Shown: positions 40,301-52,682, counted from the stretch's first letter. The stretch: DNA of 64,000 nucleotides from Vitrella brassicaformis CCMP3155 (GCA_001179505.1 CDMY01000061.1:135887-199886); one strand, 5' to 3'. Notes: generated by a model from the sequence alone, not told the origin. Numbers and translations: made by a program.

Positions 40301-40416
40301 CTGCCAGTGGCGCCAGTGGTGGGGCGGAGGCTATCGAGACACGGGCCAGTGATGGCTGCGCGGATGCGGACGGGGGGGTGCGATTCAGATGGAGAGATAT
40401 GTGGGATGATGAATGA
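37323..40416 (+). CDS. Uncharacterised low-complexity/coiled-coil protein with internal repeats
   Basis: Long open exons (37638-38246, 39145-40416) with repeated units (EAQVNT/DAQVTT, ETTD.AVMAE...RTSER...L.EQIRRLTE) at GT-AG boundaries. No family recognised; start uncertain. Confidence 0.45.
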
Positions 40417-40460
40417 ATGAATGAATGGCTGATGGATGTGACTGAGTGACTGACTGAGTG

Positions 40461-40654
40461 ACTGACTGACTCGCGCAAGTGAATGGACGGACGGAGAGAA
40501 TGCCCCTCGGGATACGTGCGCACATGCATGGCACCGAAATCGCTCGAGCATGACATGGAGACAGATAGAGGTCCATTCGTTCACTTGACACACACACACA
40601 CACACATCCAGTTTCGGCATGGGCGGACTTGACATGCTTCCACAGAACTGACTC
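40461..40654 (-). repeat. Right arm of the inverted repeat pair (left arm 36382-36536)
   Basis: Reverse complement of 36382-36536 plus an extra internal block containing a GT run. Confidence 0.85.
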
Positions 40655-40882
40655 CCTGCCGTGCATGCCATGCCTTATTAATAATGTGTCATGTCACTTC
40701 TTGCAGCAGGCCCGCACGCTGTCTTTAGTGCGAGCAAGAGGACGCACCCTTGACAGCGTAGAGGCAACATGAAAACCCACCAACAACAAGCGCTCGACCA
40801 ACCAACCACCAACTAGCAGACCAGCAACCGACCACCCCCCTCCGTCCCTCGTTTCCCACATGGACCCCATTAGTGACTCGGA

Positions 40883-42573
40883 TCACTTCTTGGCGTCATA
40901 GAATGGCCTGTCTGGGTAGAGGAAGGGGTCGGCCTCCTGAGGCGCCATCTGCAGAGTCACGGGGTACTCCTTCCCCGCCTCCGGCACAAACGTCGGATGC
41001 GGAATGTCGTTCTGAAGCAACCTGAACACACACACACACACACACACAGAGACACACACATGCAACATGGACACACTTGCATGAGAGGCATGTGTTTGCA
41101 GGGGCACGCAGGAAGCCATCCACATGTTTGTGTAGATGCATACATACCCATTTCGATGGAAGGTGACGCCCCTTGCGTCGCTGATCTTGCACACCTGGCC
41201 CTTGTGGCCCGGGATGACCCCCTTCAGAAACAGCAAGTTCCGCGCAGACTCGATCCGAAACACCTGCAGCACGCACAACACAGACAGCCACACAGAGAGG
41301 GCCATGTATGTTTTCATCAAGGCCTCGCCCCCTCCATGTCTGATGCCCAGCGACTGACTGACTGACCCTGCAGTTGACGATTCTGGGGTCAGGCCCCACG
41401 TGTCCGCCCATCTTCTTGAAGCGCCAGACCACGTCGGCTGAGTGGCCGCGGCCAGTGGAGCCGTGCGAGCGATGGGCCTTCTTCTCTGTGCCGTGGGCGT
41501 CGCTCTTCCTCGCAAAACCCCAACGCCCAACCGGACCTGACCACGTACGACAACAGGCACACACACAGACACCTACCGACACGTGCTGCTCTCTGCTGGG
41601 TTGTGTGGTGTGGTTTGGTGTGCGGTGGTTTGCTGTAATTAATGTGTGCGTTGGTACCATCCCATCCCTTGCCCTTGGTCCAGCCCGAGACGAAGACCCA
41701 CATCCCAGGGACGAAGTGGCGGACCGACATAAAGTGGCCCACGGGGATGTGGCAGTCGGCGGTGCACTTGAACTCCTTGACGATGTGCTTCGGACCAACC
41801 TGCATCCACACGCATGTGAGTGACATCACATCCTATCATGTGTATGTGTCCGGATTGATGTGTGTGCTGACCCCCAGTTTGATGTATCTGCCGACGTTGG
41901 GTTTGGACTGTCTGAAAACGTTGCGGTAGCCCAGCCCCAGCTGCACCGCCTCGTAGCCGTGCTTGGCCAACGTCCGCTGCTCCAACACCACACAACGGTC
42001 AACCTGATTCATGGTCACACACAAGAAAAGACAAGACAAGGCACCAGAGAGAAACGCACTTACATTCATGGACGGCCGTTGAATACACACATCAATCCTA
42101 CCTTGACGACGGTGATGTGGTGCCTCTCCCCCCATTCGTCCCACAGGTTCATGCAGCCCATCTTGTAGCCCAGCACGCCGCACCGTCGACTATCCCAGTT
42201 GGGCTTGATGGGCTTCAACTCCTCACTCACATTCTCATACACCTGCACACATCACACCACACCACACATCTCCTTCCTGCAGCTAGCCAAGCAGCGCCCT
42301 CATATATCTCATGTTTGGTGTGCTTGCCTCGTAGTCGGGTATTTCGGGGACCGGGTCGAATCTCCTGTGCATGAGCAGATCATGCAGCCGGTGCTGCCAC
42401 TTGGACGTGTAGAAGCTGCGCCGACTCGGGCCGCGATAAGGGCCACCTGGAGGCAGAGATGCGCTGCTCCAAGGGTCAGCCAGCCTGCTGATGGGAACTG
42501 CGGCTGATGGCGGGAGGGACGGGGACGTTGATGGAGCCGCCAGTGCCACCCGAACGAGGCGGTTGGGCAGCAT
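40883..42573 (-). CDS. MRPL3: Mitochondrial ribosomal protein uL3m
   Basis: Presequence-like MLPNRLVRVALAAP...; SRRCGVLGYKMG, GYEAVQLG, VSGWTKGKG, WGF...HG....HRSHGSTG, KKMGGHVG, NLLFLKGVIPG. Confidence 0.9.
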
Positions 42574-42774
42574 TGATGAGAGCGGCGATTGAGGTGTCGA
42601 TGAAAAGCGTCGATTTCCTGTCAGAAAGTATAGATCTGCGCCGAGAAGGTCTTGACGATGACGTTGAGGCTCTTCTCCTTGAACGCTTCCTCCCTCGGAG
42701 GAAAGCTAAGCTCGCAGCTGGCTGGGAGAGAAGACCAGAGCGATGGTCACTGATTCATTGATGGCTCATGGAAG

Positions 42775-44257
42775 ATGAACACTGGTCACACACTGGCAGT
42801 GTTCTCCCTTCTGGCAGCTTCCCTGAGCATCGCGCGACCGTTCTCGCAAGACGGCAGGCATCATGCATTCATCCCATCCCGCCCAACGAGGCTGTCATCA
42901 GCAGTGGCGTCGGCAACAGATGCCCTCAGCACCTTGCTCGAGAGCCCTGAGTCACTGCTGTCAACCGATCTGCACATTATGAGGGATGCGGCCTCAAGGA
43001 GAGGCGATGAGGCGGCTTTCAGATCGGCCCTGTTGACGACAGCGGGTGATGCTTGGGGCACTCGTGGTTCGGTGGATGCCACTGTGGTGGATGGGGTGTT
43101 GCGTGAGGTGGAGAAGCCGACGGGGTGGGAGGATGCCGTCAGAAGGTGGAGGAGGAAGGTCAGCAAGGACTACACAGAGGCAACGGGTGGTGGATGGGTA
43201 TCTTCCTGTCCATGGTTGGCTGTGCACTGCAGACGCAGGGGAGTGCCTTCAAGTATCGCATCACGAACCCAGGCAAGTGCGTGTATCAAGCACTGAGAGA
43301 ACAACGGGCTGATTGATTGATTCTACGGACATCCATGGGTATGTATGGTAATGGTGTGCGTGCAGTGGGCACTGCGGGCGTGTACACGTGGATGGTGAAT
43401 GTCCTGGTGCATCACGGCCAATGGGAGACAGCCAGAGACGCCCTCACATACGCCGGCCTCATCCCTGCCGGGCCATTCTTCGTCAAGCCGGCTTCAGCAT
43501 TCGGCCTGAGTGCGCCTGGCGACCCCCCTGTGTACCACTTGGACCGTCTTGCGCTGTACGTCGCCGAGTCGATGCTCGACGTGGACATTGGGAGCGGGCA
43601 GAGGGATGGTGAGAAGAGGGTCACAGGCCTGGAGGAGCTGCATTGCGGGCAGATGGATGAGGCTGCATCGGTCGAGGGTGCTGCTGCCGTAAAGGTGGGA
43701 AGGAAGATGGGGCGGGTGGGTAAATAAGTGGGTAAATAAGTGGGGCTGACGCGCATTACCATACCTTCCAGAGGTTGGCATGCGACGTGTCTCTGGAGGG
43801 ATCAATATCGCGCGCAGAGAGATGCATTCACGCATGCGTGTGCGTGGGAGACCTTTCTGGTCTGCGGTCTGTCTACCGATGCCGCCTGATCCTATCCATC
43901 TCCCTACATGCACACACTGCAGTGCGCTGGCACACGTACATACACGGATCGCATTATCCCTCTCTCTGTGTGTCTGTGTCTGTGTGTGGTCAGGACATGG
44001 CCTATGCTGCGGCAAGGGTGGGTCTGCGCGACCTGTGCCACGACCGTCGCGAACACGAGACCATTCTCATCGCATGCCAGACCAGCGAGGGCCTTAATCG
44101 AGCCCCCTCTCTGCTGCTGTCGCGAGAGCACGTGTTGTCTTTAGTCGAGAGAGATATGGAGAAGGAAACGAGGCTCGTGCAGCAGCAAGGGGAAGTGGAG
44201 GCTGGTGGGGGTGGTGTGCTGTTTAGTGTCGACTTGAAGGCGAGAGAGGTGGCGTGA
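42775..44257 (+). CDS. Uncharacterised protein with signal peptide plus S/R-rich transit-like extension
   Basis: MNTGHTLAVFSLLAASLSIARPFSQDGRHHAFIPSRPTRLSS...; open exons at 42775-43190, 43366-43695 and 43993-44257 with GT-AG borders. No family recognised. Confidence 0.5.
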
Positions 44258-44487
44258 GGTGGCTGTGTGTGGAAGACGATGGGATGCCTTTCGCTAAGGC
44301 GACTCGACTCCCTCCCTTGTCTGTGAGTTATGTATGTTGAGTGAATGATCAACGTACAGAGTCGAAATCAAGACACAGAAGAAGTAAGTGGCACACGCAC
44401 CGTACCGCACCCGCGCTATTCACGACTGAACTCACTATATATGCACAGACACAAATACTCTCTTTCTCTCCCTCACCGCACCAACAC

Positions 44488-45908
44488 CTAGAGAGCATTT
44501 GTCACGCTGGCCGGCAGCTGATCTCTGCCTACATACCCCCCCTGCGCCCCCTTGCTCTTGACAGACTCGCCAGCCACCACACACGCCTTCTCACACGCAT
44601 CCTGAACACACACCAAATGATACAGCCATGCATACATACCATATCGATGTGCTGCCCGTCCTCGCCTACTCACCACAAGCTTCGCCCCCCTGGCAATCAG
44701 CACGGCCAGGGCACCGACGAACGAGTCCCCGGCGCCCGTGGTGTCGACGATCTGCTCCGGCGGGATCTTGGGGGTGGCCACGTGTGTGGTGAGGATGGGC
44801 CCGGTGCCGTTGAACCGCTCCGCGGCCATGCATCCATCTTTGCCGAGTGTGATGACGACCTGCATAGTCGGGCAGGGACCCTCGGCATCGAGAAGGGCCT
44901 CACACGCCTCCTTCGCTTCCTAGATACACACACATCAATTAGGAACACAGCAAAGCATACATAGTGGTCGTATTCGCATCTGTGGCCACCGTGTGTGTTT
45001 GTTACTGACTGCTAGGATGCTGCATGGAAGTCGACTGAGCGTGGCTGCCTCCTCTTGATTGACACACAGGAGGGTGGTGTTGGCAAAGAAGCCCTCGAGG
45101 AGCTTCTCTGGCGCCGGTGCAGCGTTAAGGATGGTGGTCACCGACGGATTGGACGCGCGAGCGATCTTGAAGGCCTGTGGCCGCAACAACACACAAGGCA
45201 GATAGAGCGATCAGTGACATGCGGCCCGCCCTGCATGCCTTGTGTGCTCTCCCTTGTCACCTCCAGAGTAATCTCCGGCGGAATCTCCAACTGTCCCACA
45301 ACTACTTTGGCCTGAAGGTAGGCAGCGAGAGTGACACAACACAGAGTGAACGGGTTCATGTCTGTTGCTACAGTACCTGTGCGAGCAGTTGTTTGATGGG
45401 TGGTGTGTGTAGGTCCTCAATGGACAGCAGTGCTGCCGCGCCAGGCACCACGACTATCGCATTCGCCCCATCGTCCGTCACACATATGGGCGCCACAGCT
45501 GACACACACACAGGGAGGGAGAAACAGATCCCCATGCATTCATTTCCTTTGTTCGCCAGCATGCCCATCACGGGCATCACCTGTATGGCTCTCTGTCGTG
45601 GTCAGCACGCCCGACCTGTCCATCCCGATCCTCTCCCAGCTCTCCCTGATCTCCTTGCCGTTCGCGTCGTCCCCAAGCTTGGCGATGACGCCCACTGCTG
45701 ACGCATCCTTGACCAGCTTAGCCGCTTGCACAGCTTGGTTGGCCCCCTTTCCGCCGTGGCATGTCATGAATGAGTGCCCGAGCAGGGTCTCGCCCAGATG
45801 CGGCAGCCGCGGCACAAATGACACCAGATCCATATTGGCACCACCAACCACGACGACGTCCATGGATGTTGTTGAGAAACCAATCAGGCTATAGCCGAGG
45901 TTATCCAT
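44488..45908 (-). CDS. RBKS: Ribokinase (PfkB family)
   Basis: VVVVGGANMDLV, GGKGANQAVQAAKL, GANAIVVVPGA, VGQLEIP, ILNAAPA, CVNQEEA, ITLGKDG, IVDTTGAGDSFVGAL. Start at 45908 or 45863. Confidence 0.92.
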
Positions 45909-46124
45909 CTGCGGGCCGACACATCGTTTCCTCAAAAGATGTGACTGACACACTTTCGAGTAGCTCGCAGACCAGGCCAGGAAGCGAGCGAATCAGGGAA
46001 CGACAGGCCAGGGAACGGACTCTTCACTGAGCAACTGCCGATTAGTTTCCACAGTTCCTTAAGCACCCGACCGCCAGATATATCCATCGCAGCCTTTGAA
46101 TGGTCGCCATTAACCACTGACGTC

Positions 46125-49100
46125 ATGACAGCCACTCACCGCTCTCGGCTGCAGATCCGGCCTTCTGACACCGAAGTGGACGAGAGGGAATATCGGGCCA
46201 TCGACGGCGACATCAGCTGCAATGTGGCAGCCGGCGGACGAACAGATAATGGATGCGTTCGATTTGGGTTCAAGCAAGGTCTGTTCCTGATGCTTGGTTT
46301 GGCCTGTCTTATGGCCATGCAGTCCCTCGTGTACTCAGAAGTGGTAGCAAGGCAGGGAGGGCCACAGCCACTACTGATTTCACGTAAGTATGTGCCTTGT
46401 CTGTCTGTCTGTCGATCAGCTGTGGTGGCATCAGAATGGCCAGTCAGCGGGCCCTGATGGCGCCATCGATGGATGGCAGCCGGGAGAGAAGCTCACGGGA
46501 GGACCTGCGTCATCGCAGATTCCCACAGACAGCAAGGTGATGATAGCAGTCCCGTCGACCAACGACATTCTGCAAATCGACGTGAACACAATTCTTGTAA
46601 GAGGAATTGTGCAAAACAGATGCATGCACAGCTCTTTTGTCTGTCTGTCTGTCTGTCTGTCAGTACCCGTGGAGTGCGATGCCTCCATTGGAGCTGGGCA
46701 TGCAGTGCTCACTCGACCTGCCAGTGTTGGGCAGCCACAGGGGGGCAGGTGGTGGTGTGTCTGGTGTGTCCTCTGTGGATGCCATTCGTTCATACGAGGC
46801 ATTGCTCAAACCTGCATACGCAGATATCAGTGGCCACTTCGTTGCCCAGGTCAGTGGCAGAAAGATAGAGGAGCCCTTGCGTCGTGGCGCGGCATCATGA
46901 TGGGGTGTGGGTGTTTTGCAGCGTGACCTGCATCGTCTGAATGATGTGGCCAACAGAGTCATGGAAAAAAAGACGGACGGAGAAACGGCCAAGGACAGAC
47001 AGTCGTGCGCAGAATCGACGTATGGCGAAATGACCCCTCCTGGTCTGGCCGCCGTCCTGACCCACCCACTCGTCGGCTTCCAGGCTGGAGAGGTATTTGC
47101 TGACCTCGGCACCGGGGTAGGCAAGCTGCCGCTACAGGCCATGATAGTGCACAATGCCTCGAAGGCCTATGGTACCAACAAACAACAGCCACCATGCACA
47201 CGCAGATGCGTGTGTGTCCGGTCTCCTTCATGTCAGGAGTCGAGCTGGCCAATCGGCGTTTTCTTCTCGGCTGCTTGGCTCTCGGTCGTGTCAATGAGCA
47301 ATTTCAGACTGGGGCTCCCTGGCGTCCTTTTGGTGACGAGGAGAAAACATCAATCGCACAGAATTGCGGCGACCTGTGCCGCGAGCGTGCCACAAGGCCT
47401 GGGAGGGTCGTCCTCGCCTACCAAGACATACTCAAGTATGGACATGTGTGTGTTTGTGCAGTCACGCACGTGTCTCGGCGTGTCTGTCAGAGCTGATGTG
47501 TCTAATGTCGATGTCGCCTTCTCCAATAATATTTGTCTGCGCCACAGCCTCAACAATGCAGTTGGCCAGAGGCTGCTGGACCAGCTGAAGATCGGTGCAA
47601 GGATTGCGGTCGCAAGGTACCCAGCCAGTTTCGTGTTGTCTCCTGCTGGCTGCCCCGTTGTCCGTCTTTGTCCAGGCGCTTTCGGCGGATGCCCGTGTCG
47701 TCTTCCAGACATCTCGAGCGCATTGGGGCCATTCCTGCTAGGGTCTCCTGGATGTCACAGCCCGCAGACCACATCGTATACAAGTAAGCAGCCGGCCTTT
47801 ATCACACTAAGACTGCGTTGATTTCTTGTCCTTCTTTGCCTCTTCCAGGGTGGTGGCTGGCGAGGGGCCTCAAGAGACATCTGCGGATCGACCGGCGTCA
47901 GCAGCCCATCGGCAGCGTCACAGCATCACCACCATTCCTCCGCCGCAGAAATGCACTCTTGACCTGGGCATTGAGGTGGCCAAGAGGATCCACACAGATG
48001 CAGACAAGGCGGCTGACGGGCAGAGGCATGTGCACGAGGAGCCGTGGCAGCAGGCTGCTGAGCTGTTCAACGATATCTACAGTACAATTTCAGGTACGAC
48101 GAACACACATATCTTGGATCGACTTGTGTATGTATGTATGTATGTATCGTGTGTGAAGGGTTTGTGTCTCTGAATGACCCAGCGTCCGACACGGTCAACA
48201 GAATCGGCCAGCACCACATGGAGGACGAACAGGACAGAGAGTGGGCTGACACGCAGACAGACATGTGCCGCTGCTGCACGGCTGACGTGTCAATATATAT
48301 TGTCAGGAGTTGCGACGAGTCAACCTATGGTGAGATCACACCTGAGGGCCTTCAAAGCATATTGCATGACTCATGGATCCAGGTACAATCAATGGGCAGG
48401 CCGAGGCAGCGACGCGACTGACTTGCGCGCACTTGTCTTCCTTTTTGTTGCATTCAGGCGGGTACAGCGGACGTGTTGCTAGATATCGGCGGCGGTGTCG
48501 GGAAGAATGCCTTGCAGGCAGTCCTCTTCCACAATTTGACACGTGCCACAGGTACGGACGCGCCATAAGACAGCGGCGGCAACGCACGCCCGTCTGTGTG
48601 CTGCTTGCTGCCCAGGTGTTGAGCTGCAGACAACGCGCCACGCCCACGCATGTGAGGCTTTGGACCGACTGAGGAGACATATTGCTTTACAAGAGACAGA
48701 CCGAGACCTTCCCAGGGGTGTGATAGAGTACCTGCACGGAGACATGACCACCATGGCCCTTCTGCGAGCATCGATCATCTACTGTGCCAACACATGCTTC
48801 AGAAGGGTCAGACTCAGCAACGCATGTACGCATCATGGAATGGGAGGATGGGTGGGTGTGTATTGGCATGTAGGGTTTGATGCGGCAGCTGTATCGTGTG
48901 CTGACAGAGCGCTTCGACGTCGGCACCAAGATCGTGCTACTCAGAGTAATGCCACTACACGCATGCACGAGTGTGGTCTGGTGGGTGTTCTCCTTCTTCT
49001 CAGCCTTTTGACCTGAAGCAGCCCTTGGTGGCCAACGAGGCGGCGGGGAGGGCGCTAGAATATGTCAAGGCTGTCAGAACTAGAGTCTCGTGGATCAACG

Positions 49101-49280
49101 CATTCGTAAGATCGAGACACAGACACACCACTGAGTGAGTTTGATGCTGCGTAATGTATGTTGTGCTGTGTATGTTGGTCCCTCCTTCCTCTCCTCCATC
49201 AGCAGGAGAGCTATGCTTATCGAGTGGTCCAGGTCCGAGAGCCACCGCAGCCCATACCTGCAGCCGATCGCACTGAATGA
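46125..49280 (+). CDS. Protein with N-terminal hydrophobic anchor and two tandem DOT1-like class I methyltransferase domains
   Basis: Domain 1: ESTYGEM...FADLGTGVGK...GVEL...FSNNIC...RVSW. Domain 2: ESTYGEI...LLDIGGGVGK...GVEL...YCANTCF...RVSW. Exon 1 encodes GLFLMLGLACLMAMQSLVYS; its splice to exon 2 is not certain. Confidence 0.7.
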
Positions 49281-49454
49281 GACTCGAGCTATGGATGGAT
49301 GCGACAGCGCTATGTGTGTGTCCCTGTACGTGTGTAGATGGATATCGGGTGCACAATTGCGGGACCAATTAACTCATCGATCGAGAGTTTGTACATCAAC
49401 TAGGCATGAAGAATGCGATGAATGAATCCAAAATCTAACACACCAGTCTCGTCT

Positions 49455-50403
49455 CTAATCTACTCTGCTCGAAAGCTGCAGAAGCTGGGCTCTTGTCGAG
49501 GCAAGAATCACCTGCCAGAGAGAGAGAGACGCTCCATCTTGCGATTGTTTACTTAGTGGTAGACTTACCCCCAGCTCCTTCAGCGAGTCCTTCCAGTTCC
49601 CCGGCAATGTGCCTATCACCCATATAAGCAAATATTTGGTTCATTTGTCCCGCGCCTTATCACCTTTCTGTGCCTTTTCTAGTATGTCGATGGCGGCCTG
49701 GATGCGCTTCATGCCTGCGTGCGCCACTGGCCAACGAATTCGTACGTGAGGTGCAAATAAGAGCCCTGTACATGTGCAATTCCGTTGTTGATCTTCTCAC
49801 GTTTGAGCATGGAGTGATAGTGTTTGTGCTGCGAATTGCGAAGCCTCTTGGCATATTTGACCATCTCATCGGGCTCCTTCCCTGACTTGGCCCTGCACAC
49901 AGGGACCACCAGACGCACCATTTGTTGACGTGTCCTTGGTACGGAGATCTTTCCTGTACCGCGCCATAGTTGAGTCATAAAACGCCTTTGAGCTGTGCTC
50001 CATCCGGTTGGCGTCACCTGCAACGCATACAGCCCGAAAAAGGCCTATGTCTGCCCGTCCCCTGTGCCCCACCGATGTGTTTCTTGAAGCGTAGGAGGAA
50101 GTCCCTAAGGAAAGATATAAAGATGGGGATCTGCGCGGGGTCCTTGAAGTCATCGACGCTCAGCGGCACCCCTCCTTTGTCGTCGGTGTGGGGAGGCCCT
50201 GCCCTCATGTGCTGGACCAAGTTGAGCCGGGGAAGGCCCCATGAGAGGGCGCCCTTGAGCGACGAATCGAAGCCTGATGATGACAGGAGCGCGGAGTGGA
50301 GAGATCAAACCATTCATGGTTTCTGCACACCTGCAAGGTCGTCTTTGAGCTGATTCTCGACTTGCAGGAGCTCTTCACTCATGTGTTCGGCGCCATCTAT
50401 CGC
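49455..50403 (-). CDS. 5'-incomplete spliced orphan gene; upstream part replaced or hidden by the LTR and gap
   Basis: Seven exons join in frame through GT-AG introns (five consecutive phase-1): AIDGAEHMSEELLQ...QIPIFISFLRDFLLRFKKHI/GDANRMEHSS.../RMKRIQAAIDILEKAQK/GTLPGNWKDSLKELG/VILASTRAQLLQLSSRVD*. Confidence 0.55.
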
Positions 50404-50454
50404 CTGCAAGAAGCACAGAGAGATCTGCCGGGTGGCGCCACGAACTGTCGTATC

Positions 50455-50709
50455 TGTTGAAGTTGCTGTGTGCCGAACACACACCGTGGTCAGAAGGATC
50501 AGACGGAGCCCTCGAATCTCGCCTTAATTTCGCCCTCACGCCAACAGCATCACACAGAGGTCCGCGTCAGAGTCCACATCATCAAGAGCACGGCAAAGAA
50601 CAGACAGAGTCCGGGCTATATACAACCGGGAAAACCCTGCTGGTGACGGGCACGCTATCGTCTACCAGCGCCAGGGTGGAGATGGCAGGCACATCTCCCT
50701 CCGCTTCAG
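50455..50709. mobile_element. LTR copy 1 (first 255 bp of the same LTR family, truncated by the gap)
   Basis: Starts TGTTGA; matches 51771-52025 apart from one visible substitution (tctacc vs tctccc). Its left flank (gtatc) differs from copy 2. Confidence 0.8.
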
Positions 50710-51009
50710 NNNNNNNNNNNNNNNNNNNNNNNNNNNNNNNNNNNNNNNNNNNNNNNNNNNNNNNNNNNNNNNNNNNNNNNNNNNNNNNNNNNNNNNNNNN
50801 NNNNNNNNNNNNNNNNNNNNNNNNNNNNNNNNNNNNNNNNNNNNNNNNNNNNNNNNNNNNNNNNNNNNNNNNNNNNNNNNNNNNNNNNNNNNNNNNNNNN
50901 NNNNNNNNNNNNNNNNNNNNNNNNNNNNNNNNNNNNNNNNNNNNNNNNNNNNNNNNNNNNNNNNNNNNNNNNNNNNNNNNNNNNNNNNNNNNNNNNNNNN
51001 NNNNNNNNN
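50710..51009. other. Assembly gap (300 N)
   Basis: Run of 300 N. Confidence 0.99.
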
Positions 51010-51225
51010 GCACTCAATCCATCTCTCCCACCCAGTCAGTTTGATGGTGAGTATGATTTGATATATGAGTTGCATGAGATGGAGCAGTGGGTGCTTGACG
51101 CTGACTTCTCAGACTAGCAGCTACATGGGTTCCATGGGAAGGGCAGATAGGCCTTGTGCATGCATTCTGCATGTGCCGGTTGCCTGTTTGGTGTGTGCTG
51201 TGGACAGAGAAGATGCCTGGTTGCG

Positions 51226-51280
51226 CCGGAAGGTAGCGCCGGGCTTAGGGACAGGTGTCTCGTCAAACCCTTAACCGACC
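51226..51280 (+). repeat. Dispersed ~55-bp element, copy 2 (see 10550-10606)
   Basis: Shares cttagggacaggYgtctcgtcaaacccWtaacc and the upstream ccggaa..gcgcc with copy 1. Confidence 0.75.
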
Positions 51281-51770
51281 TACCGACGGCTTTGTGGTCT
51301 TTCATCCCGGCCCTTGTGCAAGGTGAGTTGGGCAGACGGAGGAAGGGCTTTCGGTTCATGACGGCCGAAGATGCCTGTTGGCTTTGGCGGGTGAAAGTTT
51401 CAAGTTGGACCTACTTTACTGGAGCTTCTCTTTGTGTCTCGAATGGCCGAAGGTAGGCTGGGTCCCGTCTGCGAAATGTTGTCTGGGGTAGACGGATCTC
51501 TGAAAGGCGGACCCCACGGATCCGGAATCTTCCTTGCCTGAGCCTTGCCGCTGATCCGAAGGCCTCGGGTATCTCCCTGGGGGGATGCAGCCGGTGGCTG
51601 TTGTAAGTGCTACGTATGTGCCCGTGGGGAGAAGAGACGCCTGGCTGACGGCAATATTTTGAAAGGGCTGCAAGGATCGCCCTCGAGAGCGCTTTCAGGC
51701 AGTGTGCCTGGTGTGCTGCTGCAGTAAGCGATCTGCTGGAGGATGCACGGTTGGCGGCATTGTCATTCAT

Positions 51771-52220
51771 TGTTGAAGTTGCTGTGTGCCGAACACACAC
51801 CGTGGTCAGAAGGATCAGACGGAGCCCTCGAATCTCGCCTTAATTTCGCCCTCACGCCAACAGCATCACACAGAGGTCCGCGTCAGAGTCCACATCATCA
51901 AGAGCACGGCAAAGAACAGACAGAGTCCGGGCTATATACAACCGGGAAAACCCTGCTGGTGACGGGCACGCTATCGTCTCCCAGCGCCAGGGTGGAGATG
52001 GCAGGCACATCTCCCTCCGCTTCAGCAGCACTGCTCTACTCGTACGCTACTGTGCGGCGACAGGCACGTCCTCTCTCATCAGTGGCTCACCAGCAAAGAA
52101 CTGCGCAAGCAGAGGCAGCGAGGGGCGAGAGGAACAACAGCAAAGAAAAGCCAGGCAGCATCGCAGAGCGTTGGGCAACGGTCACACAAAACAACGCACA
52201 CAAAGCTCGCCAGCTCAACA
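51771..52220. mobile_element. Solo LTR, 450 bp, with 5-bp target-site duplication TTCAT
   Basis: Termini TGTTGA...TCAACA; flanked by ttcat at 51766-51770 and ttcat at 52221-52225. Confidence 0.9.
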
Positions 52221-52382
52221 TTCATGACTGATCCTCGATTTTGTTCGTGCCGACTGATGCCGCATGGATGTCATTTCTCGGCCGATGTTTGTTCATTCAT
52301 GGATGTTCTTACCAATCCACGTGCCATAAACTCGGCGAGCATCCGTCTATTGCCCTCCCCCCCCCCCCCCCCCCAAATGGGG

Positions 52383-52682
52383 NNNNNNNNNNNNNNNNNN
52401 NNNNNNNNNNNNNNNNNNNNNNNNNNNNNNNNNNNNNNNNNNNNNNNNNNNNNNNNNNNNNNNNNNNNNNNNNNNNNNNNNNNNNNNNNNNNNNNNNNNN
52501 NNNNNNNNNNNNNNNNNNNNNNNNNNNNNNNNNNNNNNNNNNNNNNNNNNNNNNNNNNNNNNNNNNNNNNNNNNNNNNNNNNNNNNNNNNNNNNNNNNNN
52601 NNNNNNNNNNNNNNNNNNNNNNNNNNNNNNNNNNNNNNNNNNNNNNNNNNNNNNNNNNNNNNNNNNNNNNNNNNNNNNNNNN
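52383..52682. other. Assembly gap (300 N)
   Basis: Run of 300 N with poly-C/G flanks. Confidence 0.99.

Noticed and set aside
49560-50454. gag-like internal region of an LTR element next to LTR copy 1
   Set aside because: The sequence resolves into regular GT-AG exons of a host-type gene; no PBS, zinc knuckle or protease motif found.
51231-51242. GGTAGCGCCG as a tRNA-iMet primer-binding site; CCCATAACCC at 10594 as a tRNA-Met anticodon arm
   Set aside because: Matches are 10 nt or shorter, are not adjacent to an LTR end, and have no cloverleaf around them.
50455-52220. One TRIM-like element with two LTRs
   Set aside because: Outer flanks (gtatc vs ttcat) do not form a TSD, while copy 2 has its own perfect TSD.
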